Shown piece after piece: positions 13,304 to 26,070 of a DNA stretch of 64,000 bases. A program made the position numbers and the translations under genes. Numbering within the stretch: position 1 is the first letter of the stretch; the number at the start of each line of letters is the position of its first letter. Source of the stretch: Octopus vulgaris (taxonomy: Eukaryota); assembly GCA_951406725.2 (NCBI GenBank), contig OX597827.1:1178001-1242000 (forward strand), written 5' to 3'. Under the pieces are notes generated by a model that worked only from the letters and a program-made list of their open reading frames with translations, had not been told where the DNA came from and did no database searches.

Positions 13304-13636
13304 CATCATTATTATTACATCATTATTATTAGTATTATATCATCATTATTCTTATTTCCATCTCTATCATTCATTGTAATAAAAATAAAAAAGATAACAA
13401 CAAAAACAATGATGATAATACTGATGATGGTGATGATGATGATGTTGATAAGAATAATAATGATAATAAGATAATCATAATAATGATGATGAGGATGATG
13501 ATGATGATGATATAATATAATGATAATAATAATAATAGTAATAATAATAATAAAAATAATAATATTAATAATAATAATAATGACAATAATAAGATAATCG
13601 TAATAATGATGATGATGATGGTATAGTAATAATAAA

Positions 13637-13725
<89 letters not shown>

Positions 13726-14097
13726 TAATAATGATAATGTCAAGAAAACTAAAAAAAACCCACTGAAAGGGAAAAAATGTAGTGTTTGGGAGAGAATGGA
13801 TTAAAAGATTTATGGATCTAAGGTGAAGAAGATAATCCTTTAAAAGTTTTCTCTAAAGTTTGCTTTGTATTTTTGTTTGTGTGTTTTTATTTTTATCGAC
13901 ATGTGTAAATGTGTATAAATCTGCATGGCAAGTTGTTTAATGCATTGCAATTGAATGTATAAAGGTGAGGTGTGGTGCATTTGTGGAGTTGCCATGAGTT
14001 TTGCTTGGGTGCACAAATATGTTTAATAACAAAGATAGAATCCATTCAGTATTGTTTCGCTATGAATGTATGTTTGGTTTAGTCAATAGTTTGTAGA

Positions 14098-14485
14098 TAT
14101 GTGGTAAGAAGCTTGCTTCTCAAACACATGATTCCGGATTCAGTTCCACTGTAGGACACTTTGAGCAAGTATCTTTCTGCTACAATAGCATCAGGCTGAC
14201 CAAAGCCTTGTAGAGTGGATTTGGTAGATAGAAACTGAAAGGTGCGACTGTGTGTCTGTGTTTGCCCACCACCACCACCACCACTATTTGACAGCCGGTG
14301 TTGGTGTGGTCACATCACTGTAACTTAATAGTTTGCCAAAAGAGACAGGTAGAATAAGTACCAAGCTTGAAAAAGACAAAAAAAGAGGTTCTGGGTGTTG
14401 ATGAATTTGATTTAAAAATATCCTTCAAGTCGGTGCCCCAACATGGCCACAGTCTAATGAATGAAACAAGTAAAAGACAAAAGAT
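14098..14485 (+). mobile_element. SINE S1
   Basis: Colinear with 8475-8837. Confidence 0.82.
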
Positions 14486-14615
14486 AAATATTTACCATAT
14501 TTTAATGTGTATAAGGAACCCCTAAATTTTGGGGCCAAAAATTTGGAAAAAAGGTTTTGTAAAGGATTATTATTATTATTATTCTTATTCTTATTCTCCT
14601 TCTTCTTATTATTAT

Positions 14616-14980
14616 TGAGTGAGAGAGCAGTGCATGCCACCAAAGTGACACTGGGGTAAAATATACGAAGCCCAGTATACCCATCACGACTACCCGTCTG
14701 ATAAGGGTACACTAGGCACGTGCATCACAACCATATGTGCATGACATGGTGACCACATATCAAGATAAGCAGCATATGACCTTGCAAGTGGAGCCCAGTT
14801 AGAATTTTCTACCGGTCGAGTAGCCTATCCTGCTCAAAAGGTCCCTGAATAAGGATTGTTTAAGGATATTGAACAAAACACCCATGTTTCCAGAGGTGAA
14901 TTATTCAAACCCCAAAGAATCCCTCTCAACGCATGGCTATGATGCTCCCCGACTACTTCTGCTCATGATCAGAGATGCAC
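14616..14980 (-). mobile_element. Non-coding repeat family S5, truncated copy between TTA tracts
   Basis: Reverse complement of ~24975-25333; orientation chosen so that it ends in (TAA)n. Confidence 0.8.
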
Positions 14981-15000
14981 TATTATTATTATTACTATTA

Positions 15001-15797
15001 TTCTATGTTTGACTTTTGCTTTATATTTGTACAAGTTGGCTCCAAGTCTCACCCAGAGACCTCAAGAGACAACAGGTTGGAAGTTCACGTTGTTGTTATG
15101 CCTAGTGTGCCATATATTTGGTTGTTTTTTGTGTTGTACTGGTGGATGTCTAAAAGAAAAAAAAAATAATGTTTGTTTTAAACCTTGAGATTACATAGAA
15201 AGTATTTTGCGTAGGATATGAGTAGTTCCCATGAGCACTATCTTTTGAATTTCTGCCATTTTGGGGTTTCCTGGTATCTGAGTTAGGTAGCTATCAGCCC
15301 CTTTTGCTATCATTCCCAGGGCACCTATGACAACAGGTATTGTTTTAGTCTTCAGGTTCCACATTTTGCTGATTTCTATTTCAAGATCTTTATATTTGCT
15401 CAGTTTTTGGTAGATCTTGACAGATACGTTTATATCGATTGGGACAGTCATATCAATGAGGAGGCATGTTCTTTGTTTGAAGTCTTTCAATATGATGTCT
15501 GGCCTATTTGCATCTATCTTTCTGTCAGTTTGAATGGTGAAGTTCCAGAGGAGTGAGATGTGGTCATTTTCAAGCACTGGGGGTGGTTTGTGTTCCCACC
15601 AGTTATTTTCATGGGGCAAATCCAGGTTTTTGCAGATTACCCAGTGAATATATTGTGCAGCTCTATCGTGCCTGTTGAGATACTCTGTAGGTGCTAGAAG
15701 ACTGCACTTGGAGACCACATGATCAATGGTTTCACTTTGTTGCTGGCATACACGATACGTTGGACTGCTGCTGATCTTTAATATGTTGGCCTGGTGT
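15001..15797 (-). mobile_element. 5'-truncated R4/Dong-clade element: CCHC knuckle, restriction-like endonuclease, 3' UTR (15001-15190), ending in (TAA)n
   Basis: ORF 15191-15919: YRVCQQQSETIDHVVSKC, RHD, RPDIIL...LIDMTVP, K..KYKDL. The first ~40 codons of the track ORF come from an unrelated adjacent repeat. Confidence 0.92.
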
Positions 15798-16199
15798 TGC
15801 AGTAGTGACTTGTTTTTCTTAAGTTTATGTAGAACCACCCTAAATACTGTGTCCTTCCCTGAGTAATAGGTCATTCGAGGAAATTTAGCTGCTATTTTTA
15901 GCAGGTCAAGAAACCACATAGAAACATCCTCACTATCTTATAATCATCAATGTTGTTGTTACTGTTGTTGTTAAACTCCAGAACAGTGCTGATTGAGCAG
16001 AAGGTCAATCAAAGCCTCTCAAACCATGACCACCCTCTCTTATGTCCAAATCTGACGACCGTCCACTTAGTAGTCACCATGATGCCGAATTTGTTGTAAG
16101 CTCCATGTTTTTACTTCTTCCTCTACTATACAAATTCATCATTTATTAGATATTTCAGTGTCACAGAGGATTGAGTCTTAGGAAGAATCACATGCACCA

Positions 16200-16720
16200 T
16201 GTTCCTGTCAATAATGTCAGCTAATTGCTCTCCAGAATATGAAGACACCGCAGATGAAATCTCTTAAATACCACTTTCCCCCAACCATACACACACGAGT
16301 TAACTAACTCTATGTGAACACTATCAATTATTCATGTATAATTCCATAAAGCAATAGAATTAATTTCTTCAGTATTCTTAATACTTTCTAAATTGCGAAT
16401 GATATCCACGGGGTATCAGTTGAATAATGAGAGTTACCACAGCATTAAGCAGATGGATGATAAATTTGGTTTCCTCTACGATGCCAACATGCTGAGTCCT
16501 GATAAGTTTATCTGGTAACTGCAATTACAAATTCATACCTAAAGCTTGTATGCAGTCTACTAGCTATTAACAATGGTACTACTCTTAGATGAAAAATAAT
16601 AAAGAATTACATGATTAGTATCAAGAATCTGTAACAATGGCTCATGAGGAACAAGTGACACTTGAAGCTACTATGTGTGGTTCTCAAGATAATGCTAAGT
16701 TTCAATGCTATTTTTTCTAA
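16200..16720 (+). pseudogene. Possible hAT transposase fossil
   Basis: SYHSIKQMDDKFGFLYD and KIIKNYMIS (cf. hAT dimerisation region LKxIKNYLRSTM); many stops. Confidence 0.4.
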
Positions 16721-18239
16721 AACTGAATGTCAGAGATAAGGGGGTGAACAAAACTTAGAAATTTATACTTAGAAATATACACTCAGAAATATATACTTGG
16801 AAATATATACACGTCCCCATCATTGTTTGTACATCCAAAGACAGAGTTTATTAAGGTAAACTTTCTGCACCTGGATTCTCTTCCTGTCACCAACCTTTAC
16901 CTGTTTCCATGCAAGATAGTATTTCCCAATGGCTAGGTGTGTTTTTGCAGAATATTGAAAATGAATAACATTTGTTTACAACAATCGCATGATGTGAAGA
17001 CAAGGAGACATTATCATCATTTAATGTCCGTTTTCCATGCTGGCATGGGTTGGACAGTTTGACAGGAGCTGGCAAGTCCAGGAGCTGTAGCAGGCTCCAT
17101 TGTCTGTTTTGGCATGGTTTCTACTTTTGATGGGTGCCCTTTCTAATGCCAACTGCTTTACAGAGTGTACTAGGTGCTTTTTAGTACAAGCACCAGTGCT
17201 TTTTACATGGTACCATTACTAATAGAGTCAGCAGATACCTTGCAAGACAAAAATCCCTCAGCTGGAAGGTGGCAATAGTATTGAGAAGAGGGTGACTTTA
17301 TGCTCTTTGAGAGATTAAAGTTATAAAGGGACAGAGATATTGCAACAGAGTAGATACATGGATACCCCAGTCGCAAAAGAAAGGAGGGTGAGATAGAAAA
17401 TATGATAAAGAGAGCAATTGAAAGAGAGATGACGGTGAAGACAGATGATTGGTGAAGACAGTAGACAAGGAAGATAACAGGAAATGGAGGCAATCTGGTG
17501 TGGGGGGGGGGAGAAAGGAAACTGAGTAAGTCAGAGGATGTAGTATGTTCCTATTCTACTATTCTGGTTTTAGGTGAAAGAGAAGTGCTGGATGTTAGGG
17601 GACCAAATGTGGGGAGAAATAGCTGATGGGGTAGAGAGGATGGAAGTTGGGGTGGGGCAGAGCATTACCCAGGTGGTTTTAAGATATCAATTCTGCTGTA
17701 GCGTATGGATCCTCTTGACTACAGCAAGCCACCAAATATTTTGGTCCTTCATCAACTCCTTTGCAAGGCTCAGTGTTTTGAGATTGGCTTTTGATACCTC
17801 ATCTCATGTCTTCCTGCATCTGCCTCTTCAACACACAGCAGGCATCTTTCAGTTTCCATCTACTAAATCCATTCACAAGGTTTTGGTTGGCCTGGGGCTA
17901 TAGTGGAAAACACATGTTGAATGTGCCACATAAGGGGACTGAACCAAGAACCAAGTGGTCAGGAAGCCATTCTCAATTAAATTCTTGACAAAAATATAAA
18001 TGCTGCAGCTCTTGGGTGCCAGACTTAGCACAGGGGAACACAACGATATATACTCAGTATCTTAGAAATTTACCAAACCAAAATAATTCTAAGAATACTC
18101 AAAGTAAAAAAGTAAAATTATTACAAAAAATACAGTAAAAAAAATTGAAATATGGAAAGATCATTTACTACTACAGCTACAAAAAATAAATGGATTCAAA
18201 ACAAAACTATTCACTCAAGGAACGAATGACCCTCAACAG

Positions 18240-18475
18240 CAATGTTTCTTAACCATATTTTGCCTGTGGACCCGTTTGATTCCTATTTTACTTTACTGGA
18301 CCCCCATAGCCATTCAGCATTTTAAAAAATCCAATTATATTTTTATAATTAAATATTTTAAGGAATTGTATAAAAGAATTGTTAAAATATTTTGTGAGTT
18401 ATAAAAGTGTATCCAATTTATTGTATGTAAATTTTAACCGTAAAATCTTATGTAGACCCCAGTTGAGAACCACTG
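18240..18475. mobile_element. hAT (Charlie-like) MITE
   Basis: Ends caatgtttcttaacc ... gttgagaaccactg (CAGTGGTTCTCAAC-type TIR), internal ggaccc motifs; no target-site duplication (TSD) visible. Confidence 0.72.
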
Positions 18476-18529
18476 GTTTCTATGGTCATTACATTCAACC
18501 TGCTAGAAATACCAATCAAATACTCTTTT

Positions 18530-18916
18530 ACTCTCATACTTGTTTCAGTCATTTGACTGTGGCCATGCTGGAGCACCACCTTTAGTTGAGCAAATCGCCC
18601 TAAGGACTTATTCTTTGTAAGCCTAGTACTTATCCTATTGGTTTTTTTTCCCGAACCGCTAAGTTACAGGGACGTAAACACACCAGCATCGGTTGTCAAG
18701 TGATGTTGGCAGGGACAAACACAGACACACAAACGTATACACACACACACACACATACATATATATATACATATATATATGACGGGCTTTTTTCAGTTTC
18801 TGTCTACCAAATCCACTTACAAGGCTTTCGTTGGCCTGAGGCTATAGTCAAAGACACTTGCCCAAAGTGCCATACAGTGGGACTGAACCCAGAACCATGT
18901 GGTTGGTAAGCAAGCT
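18530..18916 (-). mobile_element. SINE S1
   Basis: Reverse complement of 8475-8837. Confidence 0.87.
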
Positions 18917-18984
18917 GGAAGCAAAAGACACTGCTTAGATGATGGTGGAACTTGTTTACAACTCACAAAGTCAAGACAAAAGGA

Positions 18985-19520
18985 CTAAGACCCATGAAGC
19001 CAAATGAAACCATAGTTGTCGCCAATGCTGGTGTCACATAACTGGCACCTGTGCTGGTGACATGTAAAAAGCACCCTTAAAATGTTTGGCCTTATGGAGG
19101 CAATGACAAGTGACGGAGACCTTGCTTGAAAAGACTTGTGAAACCAAGTGAAATCATAGTTATAGCTGATGCCAGTGTCACATAAGTGGCACCCATGCTG
19201 GTGGCATGTAAGGAGCCACTTTGAAATGTTGAGCTGCACAGAGGTAATGACAAGTGACCGATACCTTTGGTGGTACGAAGCGCTTGGAAAGACCCATTCA
19301 GACAAGCAAAATCATAGTCATGGCTGATGCTGGTATCATGTAAATGGCACCCATTACACTCTTGGAATGGTTGGTGTTAGGAAGGTCATCCAGCCATAGA
19401 AAACTATGCCAAATCAGACTGGATTCTGGTGCAGCCCTCCAATTTACCAGTTTCAGTCAAACCATCTAACCCATGCTAGCATTGAAAGCAAACGCTAAAT
19501 GATAATGATGATGATGATGA
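18985..19520 (+). mobile_element. S4-related element with internal ~145-165 bp tandem units
   Basis: aaatcatagt...gctgatgc..gtgtcacataa.tggcacc occurs three times; ends aaacgctaaatgataatgatg. Confidence 0.7.
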
Positions 19521-19791
19521 CATTTGGAAGATATCTTCCAAATGCACTTGAAAGACCTTGATTGGTCCAGAACAATACAAAAAGACACTTGCCTAAGATG
19601 CCACATAGCAGGATTGAATTTGAAACTATGTGGTTGCAAAATGAGCTTCTTAACCACTCAGCCATTCCAGCACCTACCTTCTTAACCACTCAGCCATTCC
19701 AGCACCTACCTTCTCAACCGAGGTGTCACTGAGCCCCAAATCACATGGCCGCAAAGCAAATTTCTTAATTACACAACTGTACCAGCATTCA

Positions 19792-20187
19792 CTCTTTACT
19801 CTTTTACTTGTTTCAGTCATGTGACTGTGGCCATGCTGGAGCACCACCTTTAGTCGAGCAAATCAACCCCAGGACTTATTCTTTTTAAGCCTAGTAATTA
19901 TTCTATCAGTCTCTTTTGCTGAACCGCTAAGTTACGGGGACGCAAACACACCAGCATCGGTTGTCAAGCGATGTTGGTGGGGACAAACACAGACACACAT
20001 ACGTATAGATATACATATATATGATGGGCTTCTTTCAGTTTCTGTCTACCAAATCCACTCACAAGGCTTTGTTCAGCCCAAGGTTATAAGTAGAAGACAC
20101 TTGCCCAAGGTGCCATGCAGTGGGACTGAACCCGGAACAATGTGGTTCGTAAGCCAGCTACTTACCACACAGCTACCCCTACACCTA
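19792..20187 (-). mobile_element. SINE S1, full length
   Basis: Reverse complement of 8475-8837. Confidence 0.9.
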
Positions 20188-20795
20188 TTTTGTGTCTAAT
20201 TTTTCATGTTGAAGAGCAGTAAAACATAAAAACCCCTGCTTTCTATACATAAATTATTCAATGAAGAATTTTCGTATAAATATTTTCTACAGACATATTT
20301 CTGTATATTGCTTATTATTGCTGTCTTGTTCAAATCGGCACACAGCACCATTTAAAGCACCAACATTTATTGCTATTCTACATCACTTACAATAATAATT
20401 TTTCTTCCACTTTGTCCGAGCAGTTCTTCTTATAGACCACCAGTGGGAAAATACAAAAACAAACAGTTATACATATGTAAATATAATCACTATCCATTTG
20501 TTCCTCTCTCTACAATTACACAATGTCTATTCCCAATACCATACCTTAAAGATTATCATACACAATAACATAGGTTTATAGCTTTATCTTTTATTGTGTG
20601 GCAAATTCATCCAACCACATATTCATATTTCACACACACACACATATTGATATTTTGCTTAGGTATAGTGATATTAATAACATGGTGTTAGAAATCAATA
20701 TAGATATGCTACAGAATGAAGTGTCAGCTGAGTACAGAGCTGCAGTAAGAAATTAGAATGACAAAGGAATAAGCAATTATGTTATGAACTTTGTT

Positions 20796-20876
20796 AGCTT
20801 ACAGCTGTTTCTCCTCTAAGATGCAATGCACTCATAGGTGAATGCTTGAGTATCAGCTCATAGCTTCATCAGAGAT
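20796..20876 (-). ncRNA. Type I hammerhead ribozyme motif with long stem II and intact core boxes
   Basis: Minus strand: atct CTGATGA agctatgag...cttagagga GAAA cagctg TA agct. Confidence 0.72.
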
Positions 20877-21229
20877 TCAAACATGTTACACACACACACA
20901 CACACACACATACACACACACACACACACACATATATATTTCAATATGGATCAAATAATTTACAAGTAAAATATTTGCGAAGATATCATTGACTCTATTA
21001 TTATCTAGTGAAACAATGGGCTTCTTTCGGTTTCCGTCTACCAAATCCACTCACAAAGCTTTGGTTGGCCTGAGGCTATAGTAGAAGACACTTGCCCAAG
21101 GTGCCACGCAGTGGGACTGAACCCGGATATACAGAAACCCAGGCAGAGGGAAATAAACAGATACGTAGATAGACAAACTTATGGCTGGTAGAGGAGGAAA
21201 AAGAGATAAAGATAGACAGGTGGATATAG

Positions 21230-21610
21230 AGAGAGACAGACAGACAGACACTCAAGTAGATAAGCATATTTATGGAGAGAAAGCGAGAGAGACAGGTAGG
21301 CAGAGAGAAACAGATACAGACAATTAGAGAGATAGACACCCAGATTAGCATATTGAGGGAGAGAGAATGAGAGAGACTCTGGTGGATAAGCGTATTGAGA
21401 GAGGGAGTCCAAGAAAAAGTGGTAGGCTGAGAGAGACAGATAGAGACAAATAGAGAGACAAACACTCTGGCCAACAAGCGTATTGAGACAGGGAGACAGA
21501 GAGAGAGAGACAGGTAGGATGAGAGAGAGAAATAGAGAGACAGACACTCAGGCAGATAGGCATACTGAGAGAGGGAGACCAAGAGAAAGCGGTAGGCTGA
21601 GAGAGGTGGA
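21230..21610. repeat. Degenerate GA-rich minisatellite
   Basis: Recurring acactc.gg..ataagc.tattgagag and ggtaggc.gagagag motifs. Confidence 0.75.
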
Positions 21611-22281
21611 GGGAAAGAGGGTGGGTATAAATAGACATACAGAGAGGTAAATGAAAGGGAGAGAGAGAGAGACAGAGAGAGAGGAAGAAAGTCAGATGGA
21701 TAGGTTGAGAGAGAAAGAGAGGTGAGGAGGGAGAGAGAGAGCCAGGCAGACAGGTAAAAAGTAGGCAGAGACAGATAGATAGAGAGGGAGGGAGAGAAAA
21801 GAGAGACAGATAAATGAAAGAAGAGCAAACACACGTGTGAGGAAGTAGGAGGGGTGGGGGGGAGCAAGTTAATAGAAAATGTGACTAGTATTTCTCCATT
21901 GAAATTCCATTTACTTTCATTTTATTCCAATTTTGTTTTGACTTTCCTGTCCATCTTCTTCTTCTTTCTAATTTGTATCTTGTTGGTAAGTCTTCAAGTC
22001 TTCAGCAAATTTTAAACAATTTTTTTTCTTTTTGCATTTTGCATTCTTTTTTCCTTCTTTTTGTTGTTGTTGTTGTTGTTGTAGCAGAGCACAGAGCGGG
22101 AGATATTTCACTGGTTCTCTCCATGACAGACTTTTCTGACTTCGACATTTTCAATATGGCATTTTTATTTTATTTCCTTATTTTTTTTCCAATTTTTGTG
22201 TCATTTTCTTTTCTTTTTTTTTTACTTTTATTCCAAACCATTATTATTACCATTATCATTATCATTATTATTATTATTATC

Positions 22282-22353
<72 letters not shown>

Positions 22354-23409
22354 TTCATTTTTATGACATTCTTTCTTCTCTGCAGCATTAGCCTAAGGGT
22401 ATTTTCTCTTTGGTAAAATTTCTCTTTGTCCTCCTACCCCCCTCTCTCTCTCTCTCTCTCTCTCTATCTCCAACAGACATACAAAACTAACTACATGCTG
22501 TAACTAAAAACTCCCACATCTTACACTTTTACTAAAATATCTCTGCCCTGTCGACACCCACTTCCTTTCCACCACGACCACCACACATTAATTTTCTTTT
22601 TTTTTTTCTGTTTTTTTTTTAATAATTTTTTTCAAATTCATTCTGTTATTTATTTAGTATCTTCATTTAATATTTCTTGTTTGTTTTTGTATTGATTTTA
22701 ATGATTTATTTATTCTTTTATTTTCATAGTTTATTTTCTTAGATTTGCTCTTCATTTCATTTTACTATGGAATTCTGGGAAGAAGAAGAAGAAGAAGAAG
22801 AAGAAGAAGAAGAAGAAGAAGAAGAAGAAGAAGAAAATAGATTTCTTTTATTATTAATTTTTTCAATTATTTTTTATTTTTTATTTATTGATATTTTCTT
22901 GGTGTTGGTGGTTTTGGTGACAGTGAAGGAGGTGATAGAAGTAGGAAGGAGGAGGAGGAACAAGAAATGACAGAAGGGGAGGATGAGGCACTTTGAGAGA
23001 AACCTCTCACAGCTTCTGATCTGAATGGATTAAAGGGATGCAGAATTATTATTAACTCCTAATCTTATTTAAATCTGTCGCATTTTCTTGTGTTCACCTT
23101 TGATCAAAGAACCAGTAGCAATTTGGAGTCATTTTATTTTTTGTTCCATGTTAGCGCCATGTTGTTTCAATCAGTTGCTCCAAGGTAGAAAGGATCGGTA
23201 GCCATGTTTGAAATTTTGCTCACAGGCAATTCTTGCCCACTAATTCCACTCTGGAAGAACATCAAGACACACACACACACACACACACAACAGAGAGAGA
23301 GAGAGAACATGCACCTGTGTGTATGAGTATGGATATATATGTAAACATACATATAGCTAAACAAGTACGTAAGTTGGTAGTTACATAAATAGATGTATAT
23401 ACACAAAGA

Positions 23410-23451
<42 letters not shown>

Positions 23452-23469
23452 GATATGTATGTGTGTGTG

Positions 23470-23509
<40 letters not shown>

Positions 23510-24192
23510 TGTGTGTGTATGTATATACACGCACATACTTACACACACGTATATATGAATATATGTACATGTACGTGTGTATATGTGTGTGTGTGTATAT
23601 GTGTATGTATGAATGTTTGTAAGCATTTATGTAAGCAAATATCTGTGTATATGTAGGTAAGCATATATGCATGTAGGCATGTATACGCGTGTATATGTGA
23701 GTATATGAATATGCGCATGTGTGTAGGAAGCCATGTATGATATATATATATATATATCATACATATATGATATATATATATATATATATAAATATATCAT
23801 ACATATATGATATATATATAAATATATCATACATATATGATATATATATGAGATATATACATATATGATATATATATATATATATATATATATAAGAATG
23901 TGTCTGTATGTAAGTATATGTCATACTCCTACAGGTAAGGAGCTGGTTCCAGACTTACAGCATAAGAAAATAAAAAATAACAACAACAAAACCCTATTGC
24001 TGAAATTTAGTTAACAACAGTGAAGACTTACATATTAAATTTCAGAAAAGTCTTACATATTTTAACTGTTCTGCTTATTTACAAAATGTATGTTGGTCAC
24101 TTTCTTCACGTGGAAACTTCAGCTTTTCCGGAGTAAAAGTAAATACTTTGTAACATAACAAAATGTACATTTGGTTATTGGGTATGAACGGG

Positions 24193-24362
24193 CCATATTT
24201 GATGGCATATAAGGCATACCCTCATGTAAAATGTACCCCTATTTTATAAATATATTTTGTGAGAAAACAAATTTAGAATACTTCATCATACACTAATTGA
24301 TTGATATTTTAAAGTGGTTTTCTGGGGATAAAATGTATAATCTTGTGCGAATAAATGCAATA
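24193..24362. mobile_element. Degenerate Tc2/pogo-like MITE; related end fragments near 14494 and 60263
   Basis: ccatatttgatggcatataaggc ... tcttgtgcgaataaatgcaa resemble CCGTATTT-type TIRs. Confidence 0.4.
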
Positions 24363-24476
24363 TTGTGACAGTATATTGGAATAAAGTATGAAACTATAAA
24401 TTTATTGTCAATAAACTATGTTATGGGACTACTGCACCTCAGCTTTAACTTTTTCATGATGATGATGATGATGATG

Positions 24477-24540
<64 letters not shown>

Positions 24541-24784
24541 CAATCATAACTACTAAAGGCATGGGACCTGAAATTTGTGGGAGGGGACTACTTGATTACA
24601 TTGACCACAGTGTTGCAATGGTACATAATTTATCAACACTGAAAGGATGAAAGGCAAAGTCAACCTTGGCAGAATTTGAACTCAGAACACAGTGATGGGA
24701 AAAATACTGCTGATCATTTCATCCAGTGTTGCTAATGACTCTGCCATTTCACTGCCTTAATAACAATAATAGTAGTAGTAGTAT

Positions 24785-25333
24785 ACCATGATGCAGTACC
24801 AGGCAGTGGCTCTCATGGCTTCTGATCTTAACTGATCGGAAGTGTTATCATGTACATTGTTTTGTCTTGGTATAAAAGATGGGTTACAGCAAATATTCTG
24901 CTCAATACCACAGATTTGCTTGTCAGTTGTTTGACCTTAACCAGTTGAGCATGTCCCTTAGTGGCTGATGATATGTGCATCTCTGATCACGAGAAGAAGT
25001 AGTGGGGGAGCATCATAGCCATGTGTTGAGAGGGATTCTTTGGGGGTTTGAAAAAATCTTGGAACACAGGTTTTTCATTCAACATCCTTAAATAATCCTT
25101 ATTTAGGGACCTTTTGAACAGGATGGGCTGCTCATCCTGAAAAAATTCTTAACTGGGTTCCACCTGCAAGTTCATACTCTGTTTATCTTGATATGAGATC
25201 ACAATGTCACGCACATATGGTTGTGATGCATGTGCCTGGTGTACCCTTATCAGAGGGTAGTCATAATGGGTATATTGGGTTTTGTTTATTTTACCCCAGT
25301 GTCACTTTGAGGGCATGTGCTGCTCTCTCACTC
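24785..25333 (+). mobile_element. Repeat family S5, ~550 bp, followed by (TAG)/(TAA)n
   Basis: Homologous to 14616-14980; no ORF and no tRNA head seen. Confidence 0.8.
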
Positions 25334-25343
25334 AGTAGTAGTA

Positions 25344-25382
<39 letters not shown>

Positions 25383-25384
<2 letters not shown>

Positions 25385-25595
25385 CCTTTCTACTAAAGGC
25401 ACAAGGCCTGAAATTTGTGGGGAGGGTGCTAGTCGATTACATTGACCCCAGTACTTAACTGGAACTTATTTTATCGACCCTGAAAGAATGGAAGGCAAAG
25501 CTGATCCCATCAAAATTTGAACTCAGAACGTAAAGACAGACAAAATGCTACTAAGTAATTTGCCTAATGTGCTAACAATTCTGCTAGCTCACCTT

Positions 25596-25597
<2 letters not shown>
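25383..25597 (-). mobile_element. SINE S2 between TAA tracts (another at 24552-24760)
   Basis: Core gaccctgaaagaatggaaggcaaag. Confidence 0.82.
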
Positions 25598-25663
<66 letters not shown>

Positions 25664-25682
25664 AAGAAGAAGAAGAAGAAGA

Positions 25683-26070
25683 AAATATAAAGACCTACTC
25701 ATTGAAATTGAGAAAATGTGGCATCTCAAGGCGGTTACAATACCAGTGATCGTAGGAGCACTAGGAATGATCAAGAAGGGAACCGAAAATTATATGAGAA
25801 TGATCCCTGGCTTACCATCCCTGCAAGAAGTGCAAAAGATTGTCTTAACTGGTACATCACACGTATTGAGAAGAGCATTGTCGATGTGAGAACTGTTGCT
25901 GCTCATGTATTTTAATTTAACTTTTAAAAAAAAAAAAAAAAAATGAACGAACTACTGAGTTTGGTTTAATGGCCTACCAATATACACTATGAGTTTCTTT
26001 GCCCTAGGAGTCGGGAAGACACTCGGCAAGAAATGGAAGAAAATTTGAAAGAAGAAAAAAAAAAAAAAAA
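25683..26070 (+). mobile_element. Heavily 5'-truncated R4/Dong element: last 68 codons, 3' UTR, A tract, (TAA)n
   Basis: KYKDLLIEIEKMWHLKAVTIPVIVGALGMIKKG...EVQKIVLTGTSHVLRRALSM* (25683-25889). Confidence 0.9.

Noticed and set aside
16753-16811. Short ~14-bp tandem repeats, superficially array-like
   Set aside because: No unique spacers and eukaryotic context; not CRISPR.
21076-21867. Longest ORF (263 aa, Leu/Ser-rich)
   Set aside because: CT-rich low-complexity strand running into an S1 SINE.
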